A stretch of 61,415 nt of DNA, filler included, from Planctomycetota bacterium (GTDB lineage Bacteria > Planctomycetota > Planctomycetia > JALXBF01), in NCBI GenBank assembly GCA_026991575.1. It is 8 parts of 8 records of this genome, joined end to end, with 100 filler letters (N's around TTAATTAATTAA, not from the genome) between each part and the next. Parts side by side here need not be neighbours in the genome. Positions count along the whole stretch, not along the records: positions 1 to 12,391 come from JALXBF010000157.1; 7 more parts are not named here. One strand, 5' to 3'. The notes under the pieces were generated by a model that searched no databases, was not told the origin of the DNA, and saw only the letters and a program-made list of their open reading frames with translations. The position numbers and the translations under genes are program-made. Positions 1 to 10,604 of this stretch are shown piece by piece (the stretch's first letter is position 1; every line of letters starts with the position of its first letter).

Positions 1-436
1 CAGTCGTCAGGGTTCCCGCGCGGTAACAAGAGGCGTGGTCATGCGTTGCAGCTTGGCGGGCAGGCCCGAGTTGCTTCCGGCCTGCCCGCCTGCTCGACAT
101 TGGCGGTGCGTGACGGGTGCCGACTTGCAGTTCGGACATGGCGTGGGTGAGGGAGTAGGAAAGGACTTCTATGCTCACGAGGTCATGAGCACAGGCTTGA
201 GAGGCGAAGGACAGAACGCTCTTGTGGTTGATTGCGAACGAGCGCGTGTGGCGAGCCGTCTGAATTTGGCCACGGGCAATGGGTGTTCGACCGAGAAGTG
301 GGGCGGCAGGAAGGTGACAATGCCGTTGCGGGTAAGCGCGGTCACGGTCCCCTGTAGCCGGTGCCGTCCTGCATGCTTGCTCGTCAGTACACGGTTGCCG
401 GGAGTCTGCCTCTTGTCTCCGTTCCTGAGGGCCCTA

Positions 437-1109
437 GTGCCGTTTTGCCCAAGCGAGTTTCCTTCGAGGGGCGGGACCGGCAGATCGGCGGTTGTACGAG
501 AGGCGTTCTGAAGGCGGAAGGAGGATATGTGTCGACGAGTTTGGGCCGCTGAATCTGGCGCCCCGGCCTGGCATATGCTGGGAGCGTGGGGCCAGCCGAC
601 GCCCGGGCCGGCTGCCGGCGACGTATCGTCGCGACGGCGGGGTGCGGCACTTGCTGGCCCTTTACGATCTGGCGACAGGCCGGCTCGACGGCTGGTTCTA
701 CGAGCGAAAGAGAACCGATGAATTCCTCGACTTTCTGAAGCGGGTCCGGTCTCGTTATCCAGTGGAGGAGACTCTGCATGTGGTGCTGGACAACGACGGT
801 CCCCATCTGAGTTCAAGGGTTCTGGAGTGGGCGGAGGCGAACAAGATGCTCTTTTCCTTCCCCCCGACCAATGCCTCGTGGCTGAACCGAATCGAGTGCC
901 ACTTTGCGGCGTTGCAGAAGTTCGCCCTTGCTGGATCGTACTATCGGTCCCATAGACAGCTGCAAGGGGCAATCGAGAGCGACCTCGCATGGCATAACGG
1001 CGAACGGCCCATTCGTGCGGCAACCCCGCACCCGACGACGCGAACCAAACTCACCGCGATCCCGGGCGCCCCCCCAGACAAGCGGAAACTTCTCTACTTG
1101 AAACGGCAC
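437..1109 (+). mobile_element. Internally deleted IS630-family element (only the C-terminal DDE domain remains)
   Basis: Terminal IRs GTGCCGTTT (437-445, preceded by TA) and AAACGGCAC (1101-1109). The ORF 492.. frame carries IS630 DDE motifs: VDEFGPL, VVLDN..H, PTNASWLNRIE. No N-terminal HTH region. Confidence 0.75.
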
Positions 1110-1493
1110 CATAGCTGCCGCGCAGGGGGCTTGGCAAGTGACCGTCTTCGGAGAGGTGGGACCGCCCGCCGTTCTACATACCGCCATGAGGCAAGGCCGT
1201 GCATGTTGTACGTGGGGGTTTCTGGCAAAAGGGATGCTTGCGCTTTTGGGCCTCGGCGGAGTTCCGTCGTCGCGGAGCCCAGGGCCGTTGGGCACAGGCA
1301 GCGGTTGGTGGACGCCCGGAATGGTACAGCCAGCGGGGCCTGGCGGGGAGGCCGCTATGGGGCATGTGGGCGTATCGACAAGTGGAGCCGGCTGGGTCTG
1401 CCCACGTTGGGGCTGGGTCGGGCCGGAACGCAACCACGAGGACTCCGTACCTGATTGATGACCGTGAATCGCTGGATACCCTCGTGACAATAG

Positions 1494-1799
1494 TTACGGG
1501 CGGTTGCAACAGACAGGTTCCGACGGGATCGGAGCAAAGGGCGTGGAATACGCGACGAGTGTGAAGCCAACTCAGCGGACGCCGCGCCGTATACTGAAGC
1601 ACTCATTTGGGGAGATAGCGTACCGTGCGTAGACCGACAGGTCGAGCTATACTGGAACGACGGTTGGCGCACCGCTGCGGGTCCCCCCAACGCGCTGCCC
1701 CGCGGTCGCTCCACTAGGGATCCAAGCGACGTTTGTTGGGAATGCCACGAGACTTCCGACCGTGACATGCGAATCCTATGGGCTCGGCCGAGCGGCTGA
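1494..1799 (+). pseudogene. Start-less open frame with a CxxCH motif (possible decayed c-type cytochrome fragment)
   Basis: Stop-free frame 1494-1799 encodes ...DVCWECHET... (CWECH at 1734-1748). In-frame stops lie just upstream and there is no start codon. Confidence 0.2.
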
Positions 1800-2271
1800 C
1801 GTCCCGAGCGCGAGTTTCCGTCTACAAGAGCGGCCGCGATGCTAAGCTATGGGCACGACCCATCCAGACGGTGGGGTCCATCGGAACCCGCAAAACGGGA
1901 GTGTGAATCGAGCTTCCAGCGAGCGCGCCATGCTGACTAGAGCCCGGGGGTTTTTCTGTCGCCGCGGGGCGCGGGGACGCTCAACCATCTAGTCGCTTCA
2001 GGAGAAAGATTCGCCTGACTCTGAGGAAAATCTGGAGTTATTCTACCTATGCTCGAGAGCTAAGCGTGAACGGTTGTTAAGGTACCTAACGACCGCCTTC
2101 TCGAAGCCGCGTTGGCGTGCTCTGTCTGCGTTGTGGACTTCCCGACGCTAAAGCGCCGGACGGCCGCGCGCTGGTCAAACGAATTATCGTGGCATGCGGT
2201 GAGGCGGGTCACGATCCCTATGGGACGCACATGTGGCTATGGCAGGGAATACGAGAGAGGGCCACGCAGCC

Positions 2272-2835
2272 ATGGCTGGAGTCACCCAGTTGACGCGACG
2301 GCAAACGCGCATTTTGCAGCTCGTTCTTGTTCTCTATGCGACGGCTACACTCCCCTTTGCCTTGGTCCTACCGGTGTGTACGATTACCCCTACTTTGGTG
2401 CGCGCCGCGCAGCGTGGCGAGCCGATTTCCGGATTGACCTTGTTCATCCTGGGATGGCTGGGCCACGACGTGCGCACTACATCATACTCTGTTCTGGGGG
2501 GTATAGCCAAGCTCGCCGAACAAGGCCACTATGTGGTTGCGCTTCTGGTCGTGTGCTTCTCGGTGCTGTTCCCAGCTACTAAGCTCGTGGTTCTTTGGTT
2601 GTCTTTACTTGGTGTCTCGATTCAGGACCGAGCCCTATATCGCTCCATCGAGCGGTTCGGGCACTGGTCGATGGCGGATGTCTTCATCATCGCCCTACTG
2701 CTCGTTGCTTTGTCTGGCATTCCCATGACAGCTGTCAGCCTGAACCTGGGCTACTATCTGTTCGCCAGCTCCGTGCTGGCGACAATTGCTGCCACATATC
2801 TTAACGCGCGAGCGAAGGCACACGTGGCCACGTGA
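2272..2835 (+). CDS. Paraquat-inducible protein A (PqiA)-family membrane protein
   Basis: Motifs YSVLGGI..L...G.Y..A..V..FSVLFP..KL, WSMADVF and GYYLF. ATG at 2272 follows a purine-rich GAGAGAGG. Confidence 0.8.
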   Translation: MAGVTQLTRRQTRILQLVLVLYATATLPFALVLPVCTITPTLVRAAQRGEPISGLTLFILGWLGHDVRTTSYSVLGGIAKLAEQGHYVVALLVVCFSVLFPATKLVVLWLSLLGVSIQDRALYRSIERFGHWSMADVFIIALLLVALSGIPMTAVSLNLGYYLFASSVLATIAATYLNARAKAHVAT

Positions 2836-3322
2836 GGCTTCGCGTCGCAGTTGGGGCTGCGCCCAGACACGACTCACCGACCGCGGGGGGACAAGCGTTA
2901 CGGGCTTGGACCGGGGGGGCTGTCAAGATCTGTGGGGTGCGCTTCAGCTCTTGTGGTTCAGTCGGCTAGGTGGGACGGTAGCCGGGGTTGCTTGCGGTTG
3001 ACCAAAGGGAGACCGGGGGTCTGCATCTACTGGTGCTTGCGACCGTCGTGCGACAACCGAGGCGCTGTCACGAGGAGCATCGCCTCCATTCCCTGCGGGT
3101 CGTTGTCAACCATGCTTTCGCAGAGGGCGGCTCACATCACGCGTCCAGGGAATGGGTTATGGTGAGTCCCGCGGTGTGTTCCTGGCTACCGATCGGCGTT
3201 GACGCATGGTAGTGCGGATGACGGGGAGCGCGGGAACCTTCCCCTGGAAAGGCGTCGGCGAGGCGTCCAAGCAGAAACTGTGCTTCGCATTCTGACCCGC
3301 CTGCACGGCGATGCGGTACAGG

Positions 3323-3379
3323 GTAGCCGTTCACGGTGCGCAGACGGGTGGCGCGGGGCGAGGATGGAGGTGAGTTTAT
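3323..3379 (-). mobile_element. Isolated IS66-family right end
   Basis: GTAGCCGTTCACGG...GGAGGTGAG is the reverse complement of ~9898-9950, the right end of the IS66 at 8352-9950. Confidence 0.75.
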
Positions 3380-4936
3380 CTCGACTATTGCGGTTCTTGT
3401 CACCCGGCGTGGGCGTGGTAGGGGCTGAGGGACTCGGTTCTTGGGGCAGCAGAAGGAGGGACAAAAAACCTCCCTGGCGATAGGATTCACTGTGAGTGAG
3501 GCCACCTGGGGCTCGGTGACAAAAACCAAGAAACCACCAGCCAGGGAGGGCGAAGATGCGCCTCAGCAACTCGCTCGCTAGCGTGGTTGAGCCCTTCGCG
3601 GTTGCCTTCACCGAGCGGTCGTTCCGTCGCTTCATCGTCCTGTTGCTCCGTACTATTGTATGCAACGGGCGACGCACGGTGGCAAACATCGTCCGGACCA
3701 TCGAGCCGATCGCTGACTTGCACCTCTGCAACTTTTGCCGGTTCCTGTCCGAGGCTCCGTGGAAGTTATGGGTGGTGGGCGGCGTGTTGGCCAGGCAGCT
3801 GGTCAAGACGTTCCGGGCCAAGGTAGGTGTGCTGGAGCTTGTTCTGGATGACACGACCGTCGAACACCACGGCAAACATGTCTGGGGCAAGGGACGCCAT
3901 CGCGACGGGGTTCGCTCTTCGCAGGCACACACGGTAACCGTCTACGGGCACCGCTGGATCGTGTTGGCCCTTCAGGTAGCTGTGCCCTGGACCACGCGCA
4001 AGCTTGCCTTACCGCTTGCCGTGGCTTTGTACCTGCCCAAAGACGTGTGCGAAGCCCTGGGCCGGAAGTACCGCAGTCCCAGCGAGCTGGCGATTGTCCT
4101 GTTGTACAGGGTTTTTGGGTGGCTGCCAGGAGTTCGCTTCACTCTGGCGGTCGACGGCGGGTTCAGCACACACTTGCTCGCCCGCTTCGCAGTGCGTCAC
4201 GCCGACCGCGTCACCCTGGTCGGCAAATGCCATCCACGCTGCCTGCTCTACGCGGCTCCGCCTGTCCGTTCCCAGCGACGCCGCGGTCGGCCACGCAAGC
4301 TAGGCCAGCGACTACCCCGGCCTGTCGACTTTGTCCAGGCTCATCGGAGCAAGGCGCGCACGGCCACCGTGTCGTGGTACGGTGGACACACACGGCGCGT
4401 TGCGCTGCTGAGCAGCACCGGCCTCTGGTATCGCCGTGGTCAGGCTCTGGTACCGATGCGTTGGGTGCACGTCAGGGACCTCGACGGCACCCACCGCGAT
4501 GAGTACCTCTTCTGTACCGCCCCCCAATCTCTCCCCCGAAGAGATCGTCTCCATCTACACCGGCCGCTGGAACATCGAAACCACCTTCCAGGAGGTCAAG
4601 ACCTACTTCCGACCAGAAACCCTCCGCTGTCGCCTCGCCAGGTCCGTCTCCTGCGCCACCCCCCCTGCCATTCGGCCTCTACTCTATTGTCGTCCTCATT
4701 TACGCCCGCCTTCCTTCTACGAGCCGAGGCGCCGAACCGGTTATCCGTTGGCAGGGGAAGAAGACCAGCTGCTACTCCCACATGCTGTCTGTCGTCCGGG
4801 CCCACATCTGGGAGCGCCGTATTTTTGCAAATAACCCCCTCGCACGCCTGTTGCACACATTACCCCCATCATTCCTACGCCCTACGCTCACCGTGCTACG
4901 CATCGCCACGTGACGTTTGAAACCGCAAGAGTTGAC
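3380..4936 (+). mobile_element. IS701/IS4-like element with frameshifted transposase (3556-~4900)
   Basis: Imperfect IRs TCGACTATTGCGGTT (3381) and AACCGCAAGAGTTGA (4921-4935). DDE motifs VLDDT and AVDGGF. The Y..RWNIETTFQEVK motif is in another frame (ORF 4436..4834), giving a frameshift near 4525. Confidence 0.8.
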
Positions 4937-5197
4937 TTCAGCTGCGCTTCCAGATCGCGCACACGACGGGCCAGCCCTTCGTTCTCGTCTTCTAGACGCT
5001 TGATAACCCTCGTCTGCTCCTCGAACAATCGCCGCACCTTCCCCAGCCGCTCCCGCCACGCGCATACCCCCGACGGACCGCCGGGGCGTCTGCGGTCATA
5101 ACTCCTCCCGCATTTCCTGAGACAAGAAATCCGCTTCCATGCTCCACCGGATAGCCCATCGGTCCCCGCCGGTCAATCCGGACGTGTGAACAGATAC
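4937..5197 (-). mobile_element. IS66-family left end with N-terminal coiled-coil fragment, cut by IS701
   Basis: IR GTATCTGTTCAC (minus strand, 5197-5186). The minus frame reads KVRRLFEEQTRVIKRLEDENEGLARRVRDLEAQL, like the N-terminus of the IS66 transposase at 8409, and stops at the IS701 end. Confidence 0.65.
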
Positions 5198-6723
5198 CAA
5201 CAACCGATTCCATGAGCCCCGCCACCCCCACGCCGGATGACAAAGACCGCAATATTCGCGCTTATTGTTTCTACCCTGTCGGTAACACTGATAACTGCAT
5301 AGCCTCGGATTGTGCCCCCCACAACGATAATACCATCTTTGGATAATCGGATCTCCTGCAACAATACCTTGTCGATGTGTACACTTAGCCCGGATTCCCG
5401 CCATCTGGAAGCCAAGTCCTTCGCCAAACGGTTCAGCTGCGCGTGAGCCGTCGCTAGCTCGTCACCGATGGCTCGCTGTAGCTCGAAATTCGCCATCTCA
5501 ACCAAGGCCCTCAGCAGAAAGCCATCTAGTGTTTTCTCCTCGGCGGCCGTGGAGGGGACGAGCACCACACGCTTCGACGTGTCGTCCCAATCCACACGGA
5601 GGGCGAGTCGGACCTCGGGAACCACGACCCGCGGGATGCTGAAGTGCCTGCCCTGGTACTCCACGGCTACATCCCGCGCTTCGAGCTCGAGCTGCCCATC
5701 TTCACGAACCGAGAAGCGAGACAGCGTCCCTACGGACACTTTGCCGCGATCGAACTCTAATGTCCGATCGCGCGCCAACGCGCGATTGAACAGACGGCGG
5801 ATCTCCTCCGCCTCGATCTCCACAGGAACACGTAACTCAAAGCCGTTCCCCAGTTCCGCTGCAGGCCGAACTTCCAGCCTGGGCAATGGTCGTACCCGGT
5901 CCCATGCCTTGGGCCTCTCCTGCCCTATATGCACGTTGATGTCACACTTCAACGCGATGCGGGCCGTCAACATGTGCCCTCTTTGTTCCCAGCCACTGTA
6001 GTAGGCCCCCAGTGGCACGAGGCGAACGAACGTCTTCGGCTCCGACGCAACCTCCACGCCACGCTGTAGCCGCTGACTCACGGCCTCCACCTTCGCTTTG
6101 ATGGCAGCTCGATCCAACGCTGTCTGCAGGCTGCGACGAAGCTGATCCGCCAACCGAGGCGCGTGTCCGTTCAGAGCATCCTGGGCCAATCCCCTGAAAG
6201 GTGTGTTGACTCTGATCCCTAGAATGTTTCCATTTATGAAGGCGCGATCGACATGAAAAGCGACCGACGTAGCCGTGACCTCAGGACGCCATGCCTCTGG
6301 ACGTATGCGCCACTCTGCAGTGGCTATGACCCGTGCAGATAAATCCCGCGACACCAACGACCCGTTGAAGAACAGCACCCTTCCTTGGTATGCGAGCCGC
6401 TCGGCCAGAAGCCTCGTTTCCGCCCGGATCCGATGTGGGCCGTCCGCCGAAAACCGAAGGGCCTCCCGCCGGATGGCCGCTGTTATCGTTTCGTCCGCAA
6501 TCGCCCCGCCAGCCCAGTCACCAGCTTGGTGAAACTCAAAGCGCGACGGCAATTGCTGGTTGGCCAGCGCCTCGAGCTTCGTCAGGTCTATCTGGACCGG
6601 TATCGAGATCCAAGAGGGCAACGATGCCGGCGTTCTGGACGCCTCGTCTCGCCCCGCAGCACCCACATCACTACTCGCGCACACCACAACCAGCGCGCAT
6701 AAGACAGCACGTATAGCCATCAC
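5173..6723 (-). CDS. Secreted DUF4403-like protein
   Basis: Signal peptide, SWISIPVQIDLTKLEALANQQLP-type N-terminus, GGAGG RBS before GTG/ATG. The last codons and the stop come from the IS66 end. Confidence 0.6.
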   Translation of the reverse strand: MMAIRAVLCALVVVCASSDVGAAGRDEASRTPASLPSWISIPVQIDLTKLEALANQQLPSRFEFHQAGDWAGGAIADETITAAIRREALRFSADGPHRIRAETRLLAERLAYQGRVLFFNGSLVSRDLSARVIATAEWRIRPEAWRPEVTATSVAFHVDRAFINGNILGIRVNTPFRGLAQDALNGHAPRLADQLRRSLQTALDRAAIKAKVEAVSQRLQRGVEVASEPKTFVRLVPLGAYYSGWEQRGHMLTARIALKCDINVHIGQERPKAWDRVRPLPRLEVRPAAELGNGFELRVPVEIEAEEIRRLFNRALARDRTLEFDRGKVSVGTLSRFSVREDGQLELEARDVAVEYQGRHFSIPRVVVPEVRLALRVDWDDTSKRVVLVPSTAAEEKTLDGFLLRALVEMANFELQRAIGDELATAHAQLNRLAKDLASRWRESGLSVHIDKVLLQEIRLSKDGIIVVGGTIRGYAVISVTDRVETISANIAVFVIRRGGGGAHGIGCWYLFTRPD

Positions 6724-6735
6724 GATACCTCCGCT

Positions 6736-6986
6736 TCTTCGTCCAAACGATTTGGCCGCCTCAGGTCGTCACGAACAAGACGCTTCACCACACGCTCACG
6801 GCGTCACAATAGGGACGCAGGGCTTCGCCCGCTGGGCCCTTGCCGTTTAACGTCCTGCAGACGCACGAGTACCGCTGGCTGTGCGCACAGGCCAGACTCG
6901 ACCAACGCGTCCTTCTGTCCTTCCTACCACCTGTCTAATCGCAATGAGACAACCGGACGCGCAAACCAACGCATGCACCTGAGGCA
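6736..6986. repeat. ~250-bp repeat, upstream region of the DUF4403 gene (copy 1)
   Basis: Near-identical to 31984-32234. Confidence 0.9.
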
Positions 6987-7479
6987 ACACTCTTCCGACA
7001 AACACGGGCCCCGTTCGTGATTGACCGAGGAGTACCGGTGGACTAGCCACCGCGGCACGAAGATCTAGCAATGGCTGCGAACACCGTCGGCACGACGGAA
7101 GTGGCGGTCTGGGCCGGCAACCAGGGCGCATCGGACCGTGTCCACTGCAGAAACGCCAAGCGAGGCCGGACCGTAACGGTCCATAAGGTGCTCGCTGGCT
7201 AGCGCGCAGCGGCGACGGCATGGCCTGGTGTGGACAGCAAAGAAGGCTTGCATCGAGTCAATGGAACGGTGGAGACAAACTCCGTTGGCCGGCGCAACAG
7301 ATTAGTTTAACCGGATGGCGAGCCGAACAAGGTAGGTAGGGGTTTGCCCGGACGCAGCGCCTCGACCCAGGCGGCCATGTGGTCCTTGGATGAGATGGCC
7401 TGTTACTTGCAGGTTGCGATCACACAGAAGATCCGCTCCGTCAGCCGGGCGCCGCGTTCGCTGTCGTTGCCGTAGCTTA

Positions 7480-7915
7480 TCTTCCTCTCGGTCTCCGGGG
7501 GGCCATGATGTCCGCTCGGCTACATTGTTGGTCGCCTCCAGTTATGGATCACACCGATGCCGCCACAACAAAGGCTCATGCTTCAACAACTGGCGACAAG
7601 AGCCGACCGTCTTGGAATCGTTGGGATCCGCTCCTTCCTGAATATCCCCCAAAACTACTCCGAAGGTGCCTCGGAACAAAGGCACCATGTTTGCTGAGCT
7701 TGATCCGCCCGTCTCTAAGCTCACGATGACGCACAATGTCTAGCCGATCCTTCCACACCGTCCCCACCTCGGCTGCCCGGCTGCCCCGCCCAACGGTTGC
7801 CGTGAAAACGACGCGTCAAATGAGCCAGGCAAAGCCGCCGGTTCAGCGGCTCCAACCAGCTGTACCTACTGTAGCCGTCCGTGCGCACCACTCCCTCCGT
7901 CACGCGACCCACCGG
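7480..7915 (-). pseudogene. Heavily decayed IS66 transposase remnant
   Basis: VVRTDGYSRYSWLEPLNRRLCLAHLTR (ORF 7721..7912) and EATNNVAER near 7515-7540 match TDGYLAYGWL...QLCLAHVKR and EPTNNAAE of the IS66 at 8352. Confidence 0.7.
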
Positions 7916-8058
7916 TGCCTGGATGCATTTCAGATTTGGCGCGCGAGGCTACGGGCGTGTCAAATTGGCCTGGCGCTAGGGGCGGACCTATGGCATGATG
8001 ACGCAGCAGTGGCTGGAGCATGTTTGGATCAGGAGGAACGAAGAGATAGAGGCACGTG

Positions 8059-8351
8059 ATGGGACGGACCGCAGCGAGACGGACCCGGGAGCGTGACCTG
8101 GATCGGGAGCGGGAGCGGATGGCGCCGTTGCTGGAGTCGCTGATTGACCAGGTGGTCGCGGAGGCGAAGGGGGAGGGACTCGATGACACGGCGCACTTTT
8201 CGGAATTGGAGCGGTGTGCTGCCGAGTTCGAGGAGCGGGTGACCCGACGGTAGCTGGAGCGGCTGTCAGAGGAGGCGGCGGCGGTGGTGGGCCAGGAGGT
8301 ATGTTGTCCGACGTGCTGGAAGGAGGCTCGCGTCGGGACGGCGAGGCGGAC
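8059..8351 (+). pseudogene. Transposase-associated ORF remnant (ISKra4-like, CxxC zinc ribbon), interrupted by IS66
   Basis: HFSELE...EERVTRR, in-frame TAG at 8251, then ...VCCPTCWKEARVGTARRT, cut at the IS66 left IR. Confidence 0.4.
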
Positions 8352-9950
8352 GTAACCGTTCACGGACCGGTGCTGACGGAAGGGTCCGAATGGGCTATTC
8401 CGCACAGCATGAAAGAGGGACTCTTACCCAAGGACACATGCAAGGAGATGTCGCCGAAGGATGCCCGCGAGGTGCGGGCGGTGCTGAAGGCACTGGCGCA
8501 GCGGGTCCGCCAGTTACAACGTCGCGTTGAAGAGCAAGACGCCCAGTTACGGCGCAACTATCGCAACTCATCTCAGCCACCGTCATCGGATCCGGTTGGT
8601 CAGAAGCGTCGGCAGAAGGAGCCGACGGGTGGTAAGCGCGGTGCTCAGCCGGGGCGCCCACGGCACGAGCGGCAGTCGGTTCCGTTAGCGAAGGTAGCCG
8701 AAGTCAGGGCGGTCCGTCCCGATAGGTGTCCGTGCTGCGGAGAGGGACTGCACGGGGTGGAGCCGAATCCGAATCCCGAGCGGCATCAGGTAACGGACAT
8801 CTCCGAGCCCGAGGCGCGGACGGCCGAGTACCAGGTGTACTCCGCGGTGTGTCCTCGGTGCGGTCACCGTGCGGTGGGGGAGCTGCCAACGGAGGCTCGG
8901 CGAGCGCTCCGTCCTTATCTGACGGCATTCGTGGCACACCTGAAGTTGGCCTACAGGCTACCGCTGCGACAGAGATCCAGTGTCCGTTGGAGGAGTGGCT
9001 TGGGGTGAGGATGTCGCTGGGGCAGGTGTCCGCGTGTGTGACGGAGGCGGCAGAAGCGTTGGCGGGGCCGTATGACGAGATTGGTCAGGAGGTGCGGTCG
9101 GCGTCGGCGGTGCATGCCGACGAGACGAGTTGGCGAGTGGAGAAGAAGGGGGCATGGCTTTGGGTCGCGGCGACGGACAGAGTGACGTACTACCTGATCC
9201 GTCGGAGCCGATCGCAGGCAGTGGCCAAGGAGCTGTTGGGGCCGGAGACACGGGCGATCGTGCACACGGACGGGTATTTGGCGTACGGCTGGCTGGATCG
9301 CCATCGTCGTCAGCTGTGCCTGGCGCACGTCAAACGGCAGGCGAAGGCGATGCTGGAACGGGGAGGGAGGAGTGCACAGATCGGGGCGCCCCTGCTGAAC
9401 AATCTGGACTTTGTGTTCTTCCAGCATGCCCGGATGTGTCGTGGCGAGATCACGCGTGCCACCATGCGAGACTCGGTCCTGAAGCACGCGCGGTGGTGGA
9501 TCAGACAACTGGTTCAGCACAGGGGGCACGGCTGAAGTGTCCGAAGACCGCGGCGACGTGCCGCTTCCTGCTGCGGCACGAGCCGTCGTTGTGGGTGTTT
9601 TTGTACCACAAGGGCGTTGAGCCGACCAACAACGCGGCCGAGCAGGCACTGCGGTCACCGGTCATCTGGCGGAAGATCGGCTTCGGTAACGACACCCAAT
9701 CTGGTGCTCGCTGCACAGAACGGCTGCTGAGCATTGCCGAGACGTGCCCCCAAATTGGACGCTGTACCCGAACCTTCCTCAAGGAAGCACTGCTTGCCTA
9801 TCGACAAGGAAGACAGCCTCCCCGCCTTCTTCCCAAACCTGCCACGTGACGCCACCAACTACCTCTATACTCAGCAAGCATCACCCACGCCGCTCAACCT
9901 CACCTCGATCCTCGCCCCGCGCCACCCGTCTGCGCCCCGTGAACGGTTAC
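8352..9950 (+). mobile_element. IS66-family element, single-ORF (ISBst12-like) type; transposase 8409-9849 with two frameshifts
   Basis: Perfect 14-bp IRs GTAACCGTTCACGG / CCGTGAACGGTTAC. Motifs NSSQPPSSD, CPCCG, CPRCG, HADETSW, TDGY, LCLAH and EPTNNAAEQALR are split over three frames (shifts ~8975 and ~9530). Confidence 0.9.
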
Positions 9951-10200
9951 GCTCGGGGCACGCTACTGGGACGCGCCTGTAGGGCTGGCTGCGGGCGTGG
10001 TGTATTGCTTTTCCCCCACGGTGCTCGCCTACAGTGCCCTTCTGGCACCTGATGCGTGTGCCGCGGCTTTCGCTGCGACCACGGTCGTCGTCGCGTCCGT
10101 CCGTATTCCCGTGGGCCTAGATCCTCGCCAACGGGTCTCACGCGGTGGGCAGCGCAGCCGGTCCAAACGACCGGCCCAACAAGACTGGGGCCGATCGAGA
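9951..10200 (+). pseudogene. GT39/ArnT-like glycosyltransferase fragment (paralogue of 27329-27580)
   Basis: YCFSPTVLAYSALLAPDA. Nucleotide match to 27329 onward. Confidence 0.7.
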
Positions 10201-10237
10201 ACGATCTGCCCAACAGTCCAATCGCTTCCCCGCCGTG

Positions 10238-10604
10238 CCATGCCTACGCAGCGCAACCGAGCCGGAGCCTGTCCGACCAGCGGCGCGCGCGCGGCGCGCG
10301 CTCACCCTCATTTGCCGACTAGCGCCCTCACGATGCTCAACATAACATATTGTCTTGTCAAGACATGTGGCTAGACCGCACACCAGCCGGCCGCTTTGGC
10401 ACGGCATGTGCCATAAGCGTCCACCATGACAACCACCAACCCCGCCCCACGCCCAACTGTACACCGGGCGCGGGAACAGGGCCGCCTGCGGCCGGCCAAC
10501 CGTAGCCACGGCTGCACGCACCAGGTCGCCAGCAGGAGCCTGCGGTACGGCTACAACTCACTGTTACAAGACAATTGTTACAAGACAATTGACGGTGGCG
10601 GACA
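10238..10604 (+). repeat. Conserved ~370-bp leader upstream of Rpn genes
   Basis: Homologous to ~27613-27964 and, reversed, to ~33887-34255. Confidence 0.85.
10562..10589 (+). promoter_or_regulatory. Tandem 14-bp direct repeat TGTTACAAGACAAT x2, candidate operator
   Basis: 15 nt before the Rpn ATG. Also present twice at ~33902-33929 and once at ~27937. The related palindrome TGTCTTG-T-CAAGACA is at 10351-10365. Confidence 0.45.

Noticed and set aside
1..434. Transposase remnant on the minus strand
   Set aside because: Only a weak CxxC-like hint, not enough to support a call.
8960..9540. Programmed frameshifts in the IS66 and IS701 transposases
   Set aside because: There is no A-rich slippery heptamer, and the shifts split catalytic regions. 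Decay or sequence error is more likely.
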